From: an uncultured Bacteroidia bacterium
Lineage (GTDB): Bacteria > Bacteroidota > Bacteroidia > Bacteroidales > CAJPTX01
DNA: 64,000 nucleotides
Direction of reading: 5' to 3'
Assembly (NCBI GenBank): GCA_963540065.1
Contig: CAUTNK010000011.1
Location: 16,867-80,866, forward strand
In this document: positions 38,701 to 46,851 of the stretch, piece after piece
How the letters are laid out: the number at the start of each line of letters is the position of its first letter
Numbering within the stretch: position 1 is the stretch's first letter
The notes under the pieces: model-generated
Databases searched by the model: none
The model's input: only the letters and a program-made list of their open reading frames with translations
What the model was told of the DNA's origin: nothing
Position numbers and translations under genes: made by a program

Positions 38701-39105
38701 ACTCGCACAGCCTTCGAATGCATTAGCAAGGTCTTTCCACTTAGCCGTCCCCCACTGTTTTACTTGTAGCAAGGCTTCGCGATTGATAGCACCACGAGCA
38801 TAAAGCCCCGTAATTTCGTGTGAGGCTTCTACCTCGTATTCTCCAGCTGCGGGGAAATCAATAACCTTTCTTTTGCTTGCATCCGTAACGTTTACTTCTC
38901 CGAGATTGGTCGGCGCTTCGGCAGAACCCACCAACTTGTACTTAAGGGTAAACTTACCTAAGCCGGGAAAAGTAATTTTCTTATTAGCATCATCCACCTT
39001 CCACACCGTAACAAACGGCTTCTCTTCGGCACGGACTGTACCCGCCACAAAGAGTGTCAGCAGGAAGAGCGCTGACAAAAAATACGTTGTCAGTATCCTT
39101 TTCAT
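35779..39105 (-). CDS. T9SS-sorted giant surface protein with DUF285/BspA-type leucine-rich repeats and Ig-like domains
   Basis: 1108 aa with a signal peptide. It has about 9-10 tandem ~25-aa units of the pattern W(D/N)V..V..M..MF.GC..FN.DLS.W (for example WNVEQVTDMAGMFAGCAAFAANLANWKVTKVTDMSNMFNGCRLFNSDLKNWNV). A long beta-rich middle region and Big_2-like modules follow, then a T9SS CTD (VMPNPFAEKLSV...GIYMLRLIAPEGTTRTIKVVKY). Confidence 0.75.
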   Translation of the reverse strand: MKRILTTYFLSALFLLTLFVAGTVRAEEKPFVTVWKVDDANKKITFPGLGKFTLKYKLVGSAEAPTNLGEVNVTDASKRKVIDFPAAGEYEVEASHEITGLYARGAINREALLQVKQWGTAKWKDLANAFEGCASVDILASAGVPTLTEVKSLSRTFAQCKNLTADLKDWDVTNVEDFTAMFVACTLFNSNLSTWNIAKAKSITNMFAGAAKFNQDLSAWKNKLTACTKMNRMFYGCSDFEGTSLKEWDVSHVTNMSQMFEGCTEFNGDLSAWNVEQVTDMAGMFAGCAAFAANLANWKVTKVTDMSNMFNGCRLFNSDLKNWNVANVKKMEGIFSGCYSFSFSIKDWKLTALLAGEKKISIENVAYNEAKVDELLTTWKARNYKRLEIIANGLYYSSSMAATVAELKDDNGQYKWRLPGFNEAKPGQFKFADRVVTMQRGERKAMPAFEGQFLSHRVLLMDRDPEVVAQTWKITDVTDKAKPGEFVELKENRDIELVAVFQKETRTAGTGKHFVQLNVYGSGQGTVTGNLGATAIQIGDNLVDNSTNESELTLAPAMGSKFMSVTLRSEGEDDNDKPTGYYRFGGDNLKVKVPKSDRNLVIDVVFDKTDVTEFSAPDYKLYVSTVGSGKGKIQGKIAETDFVAGENTVRKTDEVSYTIVPEAGSKLEKLLIIEKDTRIFATSVGETSWSLKYEDRQIESGGGLMSDPVKAPESRKLLVLVQPSPLKNMELQGLAPSATYEWYVGKTLTADFGKPGHPKIVYTPENATNKSITWSFEPNNNEEYVDVASQRAKKGTPPGVKIRCIGISNADPSLKIEFEAVIKEKLVTKVLVGSNPGKIWTTKPGTPEEIKGEGIELGADFLLLVQIEPEDASNQEYDVAFSPEGIIKPLGKNIFRAMKVADEVTMTVTSRSSSHVVNTKKFKVWKEPVSGIEIRKAPEKIELKKGTLRLKWRVLPLADEENGIKGATVKTVRFEVSDISVMKPKVHPGNFKLLKTGKCDITVISLDDETKRATVTIEVVAPTTGIEEEALAQTTVMPNPFAEKLSVAGYELWDGSYELLNTQGVVVLAGRLTPKMTEIHTTELTSGIYMLRLIAPEGTTRTIKVVKY

Positions 39106-39151
39106 ATTAAAATCTACAAAGGATTAAATTCAATTCATTCAATGTGTTATT

Positions 39152-39194
39152 GACCGATCTCGTCATGTCATTATGGAACATGGCGAGATCGGTC
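39152..39194 (-). terminator. 16-bp-stem hairpin between the C10 peptidase and the DUF285 gene (terminator or processing-site candidate, no U-tract)
   Basis: GACCGATCTCGTCATG (39152..39167) pairs with CATGGCGAGATCGGTC (39179..39194) with one mismatch. It begins 13 nt after the peptidase stop codon. The downstream sequence is AAUAACAC, which is not U-rich. Confidence 0.45.
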
Positions 39195-39207
39195 GTAGAA
39201 CAGTATC

Positions 39208-41859
39208 TTAGCGTTTTACTATTCTATGAATTCGTTGCTCGCCCGTTTTAGTTTCTAGGCGCAACATATAAAGTCCTGCAGGCAAGGCTTTGGTATTTAG
39301 GAGCGTCTCACTATCTTGTAATACCCCTTTTCGCACGACAATGCCTTGTGCGCTCACCAACTCGTAGCAAGTACCTTGTAGGTTGTTTGAGTCGGGTGCA
39401 ACAATTCGTAGTTCATCGCGGAATGGGTTTGGCGATACGCGAAAAGCCTCTAACGCTTTCGCATCCTCAACCCCGGTTCCGTAATCGGGAACTGGCATAG
39501 CCGACGACTCGGGTTTTGTTACCTTGAAACGTCCCACCAATTCGGGTTCGAAATCAATATACTGATAGACTTTCTTGGTCTTCCCAGGGTTCTCGGGATC
39601 TGCTTCTAATTCTACCACCTGATAAACGACGTGGAAAGAATACCCGTCTCTGGGTGCCCATGTAACAGGGTAGCGGACATGGAAAGTCTCGGTATGATTC
39701 GGGGGGAGATAACATGTCCCGATACGATATGATGCGATGGTATCTATCGAATTATCATTAAAGAACAAGACCTTGAGACCGGTATCTACACCCATATTCT
39801 TTTCCTCATTTCCGATTTTGATATCGAACTCAAGGAAATTGCCTTGAACGACTTCCGCAGGGACATTTTCGAGTTCTGCCTTATACTCCTCGCTATAGTT
39901 ATACGCAGGCTTTTTCTCAAATTCGGCAACAGCAAAGGCTTCAATAGGATAGTAACGTCCTCCGACCTCGAGCATCTGGTCTTGGTTTGTTCCATTCGCC
40001 GAATCCCAATAGAAGTGCAGGAAGTTAGCATCTATCTCCTCGGGGAAGGTGGGGAGTAATTCGCGGAAGACCTGCGTCTCGCCAACCTCTAAACGCAATG
40101 ACTGCACAAAGACGAAGAACTGCGTACTTGACGGGCGCTCTGTCGTTGTTTTCTTGTCAGACCAACCTGCTCCGAATACACTCGTGTAAGCAGTGTTTCC
40201 TACGTTCTTTATTTCAAAATCGACGTAGTTATAACTATCCTTGCGCAATACGGGCGTTTTCCAAGTAAGCTCCAGACGCGGCGTGTTCTCGGTATTAGAA
40301 AACCGGACTTTACCCTCGCCAATCGTCACCATATTCTTTCCGTAACGTGGCATAGTTGGCATTTTACGGATCATATCTTCTCCGTTGACCTTGTAAACGA
40401 CCTCTATCTGATATGTACCATCGGGAATACCAGAATATTTTGTCAGTATGGGTACTCTCCGCGACGAGAATGTTGTTCCTTCCATATTCTGAATTTCGTC
40501 GTCTGCAGCCCAGAAGATCTTGACTTCCTTCCCTGTATTATCCACCAGACGTAAACCGGGACGGAATTCTACAACATCATAGCCGTAGTTTGCTAGTCCG
40601 CGTAGTTTCAGAGCACTCTCGCCTTCTAGGAGGGTATTCTGCGAATAGGAGGCCGATGTATTTGTCATTAGCTCATAAACGCTAATATTCGGCTCTTCCT
40701 TCGTAACCGTAGACTTCGGCATAGGTTCCCAACCGATCAGAATATCGGCTGTTATATTGTATCCGCCTTCTCCGCCCCCTCCGGTACTCTGATCGCGTGG
40801 CAACATATCGGAGAGCGAATACCAGCCATTACTCAGACCACTCCACCCCCAATTGAAATGGAAAAGCCCTTTACCGTTATAACCATCGCACACAAAAGCG
40901 TGTCCTATTCCGAAAGCTGCACCACCGTAAAGGACAGGACGACCTTCGGAGAGTTCTTTCATAATAATATCTACCCACTCCTCTATCGTGTAGTGAATTT
41001 GTTGCACGTATTTGAGGCGCGGACCGTAGTCGAAATACTTACGCAACCCTAGGAATGCATTGGAAAGGTAAGCTCCGCTACCATACTTAGTCCAACGCAT
41101 CTGCGCAGCATAACCACACTCTACCATAAGCAAAGCAACTGCCGCACGTTCTTCGTCGGTCGAACGCGCATTGTAGAGATTGGTCATATTCGCCCAATCA
41201 AACCTATGACCGAAGTCGTATTTACGAAATCTACCACTAGCATCGGTATAGCGAATCTTACCGCGCGATTCCACTGGCCAACAATGGTAACGCATCACCT
41301 GTGCCATAGCTGTAGCCAAACAGCCTGTAGGGGAGTTCTGTGGCGTTAGCATGTTGTAGGGGTCTTCTTGATCCCACTTAATATCTGGCATAAGTGGCGC
41401 GATGGGCGTCGTCTTATCCTTGTATACGTCTAGCAATTCGTCTGGCTTACCTTTTCCGCGGACACGAGCTTTTTGCACCAGTAGCGCTTTAATGTCGAGC
41501 CAGTTCTTGATATGTGCGGGCATATCCTCGACCTGGAACTTACTCTCGAGCGAGTAGCCAATGATAGGTTGGTCGATATTGTCGTCGCCAGCTACGATAA
41601 CAAATCCATCACGCCCTTTTACGTCAAATATATAGTAGTCTTTAAGCGTAGCATCGCCACGTAGGGGGACACCCGCACTTGTATAGGCGAGCGCCAATGC
41701 ATATCCCTCGCCACGCAGGGGTTGTGCACTTTGCAACTGTTGCTGTGCTAATTCTTTTGCCCTCTGCAGGTCGATGGGAGCACCATAGAGCGAGGTAGCG
41801 AGCAAGAAAAACAAGAATAAATAACCGAAAAAGAATAATCGTTTCATCGCCCGAATCAT
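39208..41859 (-). CDS. C10-family (streptopain-like) cysteine peptidase with N-terminal Spi-type propeptide, long C-terminal extension and T9SS CTD
   Basis: Signal peptide. Propeptide-like segment (YYIFDVKGRDGFVIVAGDDNIDQPIIGYS). Catalytic Cys motif (SPTGCLATAMAQVMRYHCWP). Catalytic His region (GIGHAFVCDGYNGKGLFHFNWGWSGLSNGWY). An extension of about 480 aa follows, then the CTD (VSPNPFRDELRI...GLYMLRLETKTGEQRIHRIVKR). Confidence 0.85.
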   Translation of the reverse strand: MIRAMKRLFFFGYLFLFFLLATSLYGAPIDLQRAKELAQQQLQSAQPLRGEGYALALAYTSAGVPLRGDATLKDYYIFDVKGRDGFVIVAGDDNIDQPIIGYSLESKFQVEDMPAHIKNWLDIKALLVQKARVRGKGKPDELLDVYKDKTTPIAPLMPDIKWDQEDPYNMLTPQNSPTGCLATAMAQVMRYHCWPVESRGKIRYTDASGRFRKYDFGHRFDWANMTNLYNARSTDEERAAVALLMVECGYAAQMRWTKYGSGAYLSNAFLGLRKYFDYGPRLKYVQQIHYTIEEWVDIIMKELSEGRPVLYGGAAFGIGHAFVCDGYNGKGLFHFNWGWSGLSNGWYSLSDMLPRDQSTGGGGEGGYNITADILIGWEPMPKSTVTKEEPNISVYELMTNTSASYSQNTLLEGESALKLRGLANYGYDVVEFRPGLRLVDNTGKEVKIFWAADDEIQNMEGTTFSSRRVPILTKYSGIPDGTYQIEVVYKVNGEDMIRKMPTMPRYGKNMVTIGEGKVRFSNTENTPRLELTWKTPVLRKDSYNYVDFEIKNVGNTAYTSVFGAGWSDKKTTTERPSSTQFFVFVQSLRLEVGETQVFRELLPTFPEEIDANFLHFYWDSANGTNQDQMLEVGGRYYPIEAFAVAEFEKKPAYNYSEEYKAELENVPAEVVQGNFLEFDIKIGNEEKNMGVDTGLKVLFFNDNSIDTIASYRIGTCYLPPNHTETFHVRYPVTWAPRDGYSFHVVYQVVELEADPENPGKTKKVYQYIDFEPELVGRFKVTKPESSAMPVPDYGTGVEDAKALEAFRVSPNPFRDELRIVAPDSNNLQGTCYELVSAQGIVVRKGVLQDSETLLNTKALPAGLYMLRLETKTGEQRIHRIVKR

Positions 41860-41891
41860 TTTGTTGTTATCATTGTTCCTAAGCGATTTTA

Positions 41892-43571
41892 CTAGAAGGT
41901 ATCCTCGATCTTTGCACCGGAAGGATTCTGTACTACTGCACGATTGTTAAGGATCTCTTCGCGTGGGAACTGGAATAGGAACTTGTTATCGCCTGCGGGG
42001 ATATTAAAACGAGATTCGAGTGGATATCCTCCAGCATTTGGGTCACGCTTAGCGAGAGCACCATCGCGCGTTAGGGGTAAACCTAATCGCATCATATCAT
42101 AGAAGGTAAGCCCCTCGCCCCAGAATTCGAGGGCACGCTGGCGATAGAGCTCTTGTGTAAAGGTCGTTTGCCCTAAACGCGCTTGATTCTTCGCATAGTT
42201 GTATGTAGGCTGACGATAAGTTGTTATAAAGCTCTCGAGGCGTTTAATACCTTCGGCTTCATTGTCTTTTGCAATTGCTTCTGCTTGTATGTAATACAAC
42301 TCTTCCACACGCATAAGAGGGAAATCGGTTGCATTGATGCGTGCTCCGGGATTACCCTGATATGGCGCAAACTTTATATTTGCATAGAGCTGTCCTTTCC
42401 ATTGCTTTTCGACAATTAATTTGATCTGATCATCTAATTCTGCAGCAGTTGCGCCCGCATCACTTAAGAATCGTCGTAATCCTGCATCGTGTTCTGGCGT
42501 ATAGAACCACGCCTTACGCACATCGGTGGGATCTATCGTCTCGTAGAAATCTGGATTTACCTTACGCAAGATGAAACCACGTACCGCGTACGTTAACGGC
42601 GCATTCTGACCATACTTCAAAGAACACATCATAGACTCCCAAGTCATTATTTCGCTCTTTGTAACCAAATCGTCTGGTGTATAATCAATCCCCCAAATCA
42701 CATTGTGGATACGGATGTCGTTAAAACCTGGTCTATTCGCCTCGGAAGTACGCAACGGAGTAATGTTTGCACGCTGCGCAATTTCCAGTGCCTTCTGTGC
42801 TGCAGCATAAGCCTCTTGCCAGTTTTGCATTAATAGATGCGTACGTGCTAGGAGACCGTATACAGCGCATCCTCCGATAGTCGACTTTTGTTTAGGGATG
42901 GAGTCTTGTAAGATATCCTTTGCATAGTTCAGATCTTCAAGAATATAGTTGTAGACTTCTGCAACTGTAGCACGCTTGTTGTCGATCTGTTGTGCACGTG
43001 TCATATCTTCCTTCACAATTGGTACACCAGCAGCCTGCTCATTCCCTTTATAGGTGAACTGGTAGGACTGGATCAGATTCAGGTACGCGAAAGCTCGAAA
43101 GGCTCTTGCTTGTGCATGGTAGCTCTTTCCTTCATCTGTTTCGTCGCTAACAGTATTGAGTACTTTATTTGCCTCTGCGATGTAGGCATAGTAACTGGAA
43201 TAGAGCAGATAGGTAATTGCAGAATTTTCGCCCAGTGCAATGTATTTAAATACGCTACGATACCAATTGTAACGATGGTCTACTGACCACATTTTGTCGG
43301 TAAGGTGATCCATCATCAATGCAAAAGACGCATATCCAAAATCGTATGCATATGCCGGTGAGTTGCCTAGGCGATTGAAACGCTTCAACTCACCATACAT
43401 ACCTTTGAAAATAACGTTCGCTCGATCTGGCGAGAGTTTTCCTGCTTCCTTTAATTGTTCTGGAGTTAATACATTTCCCGTAGGTTCTAACTCCAATTCT
43501 TTTGCACAACTCGCAAAGAATAGTATTACAGGTAAGAGGATTATTGTAAAGAAGAGAATTCTGTATTTCAT
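41892..43571 (-). CDS. RagB/SusD-family nutrient-uptake outer-membrane lipoprotein
   Basis: 559 aa with a lipoprotein signal (LFFASCAKE). Helical TPR-like SusD architecture with typical segments (YLLYSSYYAYIAEANKVL, FRAFAYLNLIQSY, ALEFWGEGLTFYDMMR). It lies 30 nt downstream of the SusC-like gene. Confidence 0.85.
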   Translation of the reverse strand: MKYRILFFTIILLPVILFFASCAKELELEPTGNVLTPEQLKEAGKLSPDRANVIFKGMYGELKRFNRLGNSPAYAYDFGYASFALMMDHLTDKMWSVDHRYNWYRSVFKYIALGENSAITYLLYSSYYAYIAEANKVLNTVSDETDEGKSYHAQARAFRAFAYLNLIQSYQFTYKGNEQAAGVPIVKEDMTRAQQIDNKRATVAEVYNYILEDLNYAKDILQDSIPKQKSTIGGCAVYGLLARTHLLMQNWQEAYAAAQKALEIAQRANITPLRTSEANRPGFNDIRIHNVIWGIDYTPDDLVTKSEIMTWESMMCSLKYGQNAPLTYAVRGFILRKVNPDFYETIDPTDVRKAWFYTPEHDAGLRRFLSDAGATAAELDDQIKLIVEKQWKGQLYANIKFAPYQGNPGARINATDFPLMRVEELYYIQAEAIAKDNEAEGIKRLESFITTYRQPTYNYAKNQARLGQTTFTQELYRQRALEFWGEGLTFYDMMRLGLPLTRDGALAKRDPNAGGYPLESRFNIPAGDNKFLFQFPREEILNNRAVVQNPSGAKIEDTF

Positions 43572-43601
43572 CTCTGTAATGTATTAGAATAGATTGATAT
43601 A

Positions 43602-46600
43602 TTAGAAATTAGCCGTAACACCCAACGACATAGTACGCATAGCCTTGTAGCCGATACCGCCTCCGAAGCGTGGGTCGTATCCTTTACGAGCCGAGAATAG
43701 CCATACATTGTCGGCCACCGCATAGACACGTAAGGAAGCGAGGTAGAGCTTGTCGATCCACTTTTGCGGCAGTGTGTATCCTAGAGTGATATTATCTATT
43801 GCCCAGTAGCTCCGGCTGATAAAGAATCGGTCGGAGATTCCATTCTGGCGTGCTCCTTCCGAGCTAGTAAGACGCGGCACATTGGTATTAGGGCGTTCGG
43901 GAGTCCAAGCCTTCAGGAGGTCTTTATGCATTGCTGTACCGTTCTGTGCTCCACCGTGCATTAAATTCATGTAGGTCTGGTCGATACCTCTTCCTCCGAA
44001 TGCATAGGTAAATGCCACTCCGAAGTCGAAATTATAGAAATCTATATTCGTCCCCATACCTCCACGCAAAATATCTTGCTTAGCAGGGAAAATAACGCGG
44101 TTTTCATTTTTTGATGCTACGGTATAATCGGTAGTTTCTCCGTCAGCAGTCTGCCATCTGCTTTCTCCCTTATCGTTTACTCCGAGATATTTAGGAATAA
44201 ACAAATCTGCCAACGAGCCTCCCTCACGGTAAACATAGTTGCCGCTCACGTATCCCCATTTCGAACTCTTGTTCCATTCCTCGGGGAGTTTTACAATACG
44301 GTTTGTAACATGACTACCATTGATGTAAGCGGTCCACTCTATATCTCGCGAACGGTATGGTACGCCACGAATTTCGAAATCGACTCCAGTATTATTCATC
44401 TGTCCTACATTAGACCAGAAGGAAGAATAGCCCGAACTTGGTGGTACGGTTACCTCGAACAACATATCGGAAACGGCACGACGGAAGAAGTCGATGCTTC
44501 CTGTGAGGCGGCGCCCTAGTACACCATATTCTATACCTATGTTAAGATTATGACTGGTCTCCCAAGTAAGATTCTCGCTTCCTTTTGCCGAGAAAGCCAC
44601 CCCGAACTCATCGTTCAGATTACGGAGCGCGTAAAGATCCTTATAACCAAACTGTAGACCGATTTGGTCATTCCCTTGAATACCGTAACTCGCTTTGAGC
44701 TTCAACATATCGAGCCAAGTACGGAAGGGTTCCATAAATGCCTCTTGATGTATTAACCAAGAAGCGCCCACGCTACCAAAATTTCCCCAACGCGCATTTT
44801 TAGCAAAACGCGAAGAACCATCCCTCCGGAAGGAGAGGCTCAGGAAGTAGCGTTCTTTCCAATCGTAGGACGCACGTGCCAAATAACCCTCTACTCGGTA
44901 GCGTCGGCTGGAAGAGGTAGCTTGTTGATCGGATATTGCTCCTGAGAGTTCTTTTGCCTTGAGTAAAAAAAGCTGCTTTCTGCTTCCTTGCAAGAGTTTG
45001 TTCTCGCTTGCATAGTATTCGTGCCCGAGCACCACATCGATGTTGTGCTCGTCAAAGGAACGCGACCAATTCAACAACTGCTGTAGGTTCAAGGAAGTAG
45101 AACGCGACTCACTTCTTGTAATCGAGCCTCCTGTCGACGCATTTTGCCCATAAAGCGGGTTAGCGGTTTCAGTAGCACCGTTTTGATTGATATCAAAGCC
45201 CATGTTGAGGGTAACCTTAAATCCGTAGGGGAGGATAAAGTCGATATAATCGCGTAGGGCTCCCGTATAGGCTTCGTCTATGTTCAGATCGTATATTTTT
45301 GTAGCTAAGGGGTTCGACCAGTGCAACAACGGACGGTTGGATAGACCTGGGAACTGTCCCGAGCCAAAGTCGTAGATCGGAAGTCCTAGATTATTCTTTG
45401 CAATTTGTTTCTTCTCATCTCGCACCCAAATTGGGTAGTGTGGTCCCGCGTAGTTTATCAGTGCAAAGATATTGTCGCTACTAGTGCCCGAATTGGTTCC
45501 GGAATAGGCATCAATCGCACTTGCGGTAAAGGCAACATTTCCGCCCATCTTCACCCAGGATTTTGGAGTAAAATCCACTCTCAAGCGCGAGGAGTAACGT
45601 TCGTAACTAGATCCGCGCAAGTACCCCTTATCGTTGAGATATCCCGCGGAGAAGAAATAGTTCACTTTATCTGAGCGTCCTGAAACAGTGAGGTTATACT
45701 CCTGACGCATATTTGGCAAGTAAGCTTCTTTATCCCAGTCGTCTGGCTGCATCCAGTACTTTTTGCCTGTACTTGGGTCAACGTGCCATCTACCGAGAGT
45801 AGCATCCTTATTCATAGAGAAAGTCCCGTCGGGATTCTTTGTAAACCAATCGGCAGAGGGGTCGTTAAGCGTGAATGGAAAATATACCAAGCCCGACTCA
45901 CGATTAAGAATAGCGTCCTGTGCTGCTGACATTTGCTGCACCTCGGTAGAACCAATATGGCGTGCAGAGGAGTAGCGATAGTAGTAGTAGAGAGCTTCGT
46001 AATATTTCTCTACATACTTTTTCGGGTCGGTAATACGGTCGTACGAGGGTATCCCCTTGAAGTTGTAACCGACCTTCGCTGCGAGGTTAATATTCGCAAC
46101 CCCGGTTTGTTTAGCATTAGCTCCGTTCTTTGTCGTAATCATCACCACACCATTAGCAGCACGAGCGCCATACAGAGCCGCCGAAGCAGCATCTTTAAGC
46201 AATACCGTGCTTTCTACATCGGCTGGGTTTATAGCAGAGACATCGCCATCGTAAGGCACTCCGTCTACTACGTATAGCGGACTACTACTTGCCGAGAACG
46301 AACCTGTACCACGGATACGAACCGCAGAACCTGTTCCTGGCTGGTTATTGGAGGAATAGATCGTCACCCCGGGGACTTTCCCAGAGAGGGCATTCATCAC
46401 ATTAGAAACTTGCTTACGTTCCAATTCCTTTTCTCCAACTGAGACCGCCGAACCAGTAAACGAGCTCTTCTTCGCTTTTCCGAAGGCAACGACCATAACT
46501 TCGTCGATCTCTTCAACAGATGTTGCCATTACGACGTTGATGGTTGCTTGTTCTGCTACTGTAATCTCTTGTGTAGCATACCCCGTGTAAGAGAAAACGA

Positions 46601-46808
46601 GCACCGCACTAGGGTCAGGAACCCGGATGGCGTATCGTCCGTCAGCATCAGTAAGTACTACAGTTTGTGTACCTTTCACGAGTACCATTACTTGAAGAAG
46701 CGGCTCATTATCATCGGCAGAAGTGACCACTCCTGTCACCGTACGCTGTTGCGCAAACAACGAAAAACCTAGCGATAAAAATGCTAGAAACATTAAACAT
46801 CTTTTCAT
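43602..46808 (-). CDS. SusC/RagA-family TonB-linked outer-membrane transporter
   Basis: Signal peptide (MKRCLMFLAFLSLGFSLFAQQ), carboxypeptidase-regulatory-like domain (VTGVVTSADDNEPLLQVMVLVKG), TonB box/plug region (IDEVMVVAFG...NALSGKVPGV) and a large barrel ending in F. I place the start at the ATG at 46808, because the GTG at 46883 in the ORF track lies upstream of the predicted promoter box. Confidence 0.9.
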   Translation of the reverse strand: MKRCLMFLAFLSLGFSLFAQQRTVTGVVTSADDNEPLLQVMVLVKGTQTVVLTDADGRYAIRVPDPSAVLVFSYTGYATQEITVAEQATINVVMATSVEEIDEVMVVAFGKAKKSSFTGSAVSVGEKELERKQVSNVMNALSGKVPGVTIYSSNNQPGTGSAVRIRGTGSFSASSSPLYVVDGVPYDGDVSAINPADVESTVLLKDAASAALYGARAANGVVMITTKNGANAKQTGVANINLAAKVGYNFKGIPSYDRITDPKKYVEKYYEALYYYYRYSSARHIGSTEVQQMSAAQDAILNRESGLVYFPFTLNDPSADWFTKNPDGTFSMNKDATLGRWHVDPSTGKKYWMQPDDWDKEAYLPNMRQEYNLTVSGRSDKVNYFFSAGYLNDKGYLRGSSYERYSSRLRVDFTPKSWVKMGGNVAFTASAIDAYSGTNSGTSSDNIFALINYAGPHYPIWVRDEKKQIAKNNLGLPIYDFGSGQFPGLSNRPLLHWSNPLATKIYDLNIDEAYTGALRDYIDFILPYGFKVTLNMGFDINQNGATETANPLYGQNASTGGSITRSESRSTSLNLQQLLNWSRSFDEHNIDVVLGHEYYASENKLLQGSRKQLFLLKAKELSGAISDQQATSSSRRYRVEGYLARASYDWKERYFLSLSFRRDGSSRFAKNARWGNFGSVGASWLIHQEAFMEPFRTWLDMLKLKASYGIQGNDQIGLQFGYKDLYALRNLNDEFGVAFSAKGSENLTWETSHNLNIGIEYGVLGRRLTGSIDFFRRAVSDMLFEVTVPPSSGYSSFWSNVGQMNNTGVDFEIRGVPYRSRDIEWTAYINGSHVTNRIVKLPEEWNKSSKWGYVSGNYVYREGGSLADLFIPKYLGVNDKGESRWQTADGETTDYTVASKNENRVIFPAKQDILRGGMGTNIDFYNFDFGVAFTYAFGGRGIDQTYMNLMHGGAQNGTAMHKDLLKAWTPERPNTNVPRLTSSEGARQNGISDRFFISRSYWAIDNITLGYTLPQKWIDKLYLASLRVYAVADNVWLFSARKGYDPRFGGGIGYKAMRTMSLGVTANF

Positions 46809-46843
46809 GCAATCTACCTTAATGAGATTTAGTATTGTTGTAA

Positions 46844-46851
46844 CAAAAATA
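46844..46851 (-). promoter_or_regulatory. -7 promoter box (TATTTTTG) for the susC-like operon
   Basis: The minus strand reads TATTTTTGTTACAACAA, ending 35 nt upstream of the ATG at 46808. Confidence 0.5.
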
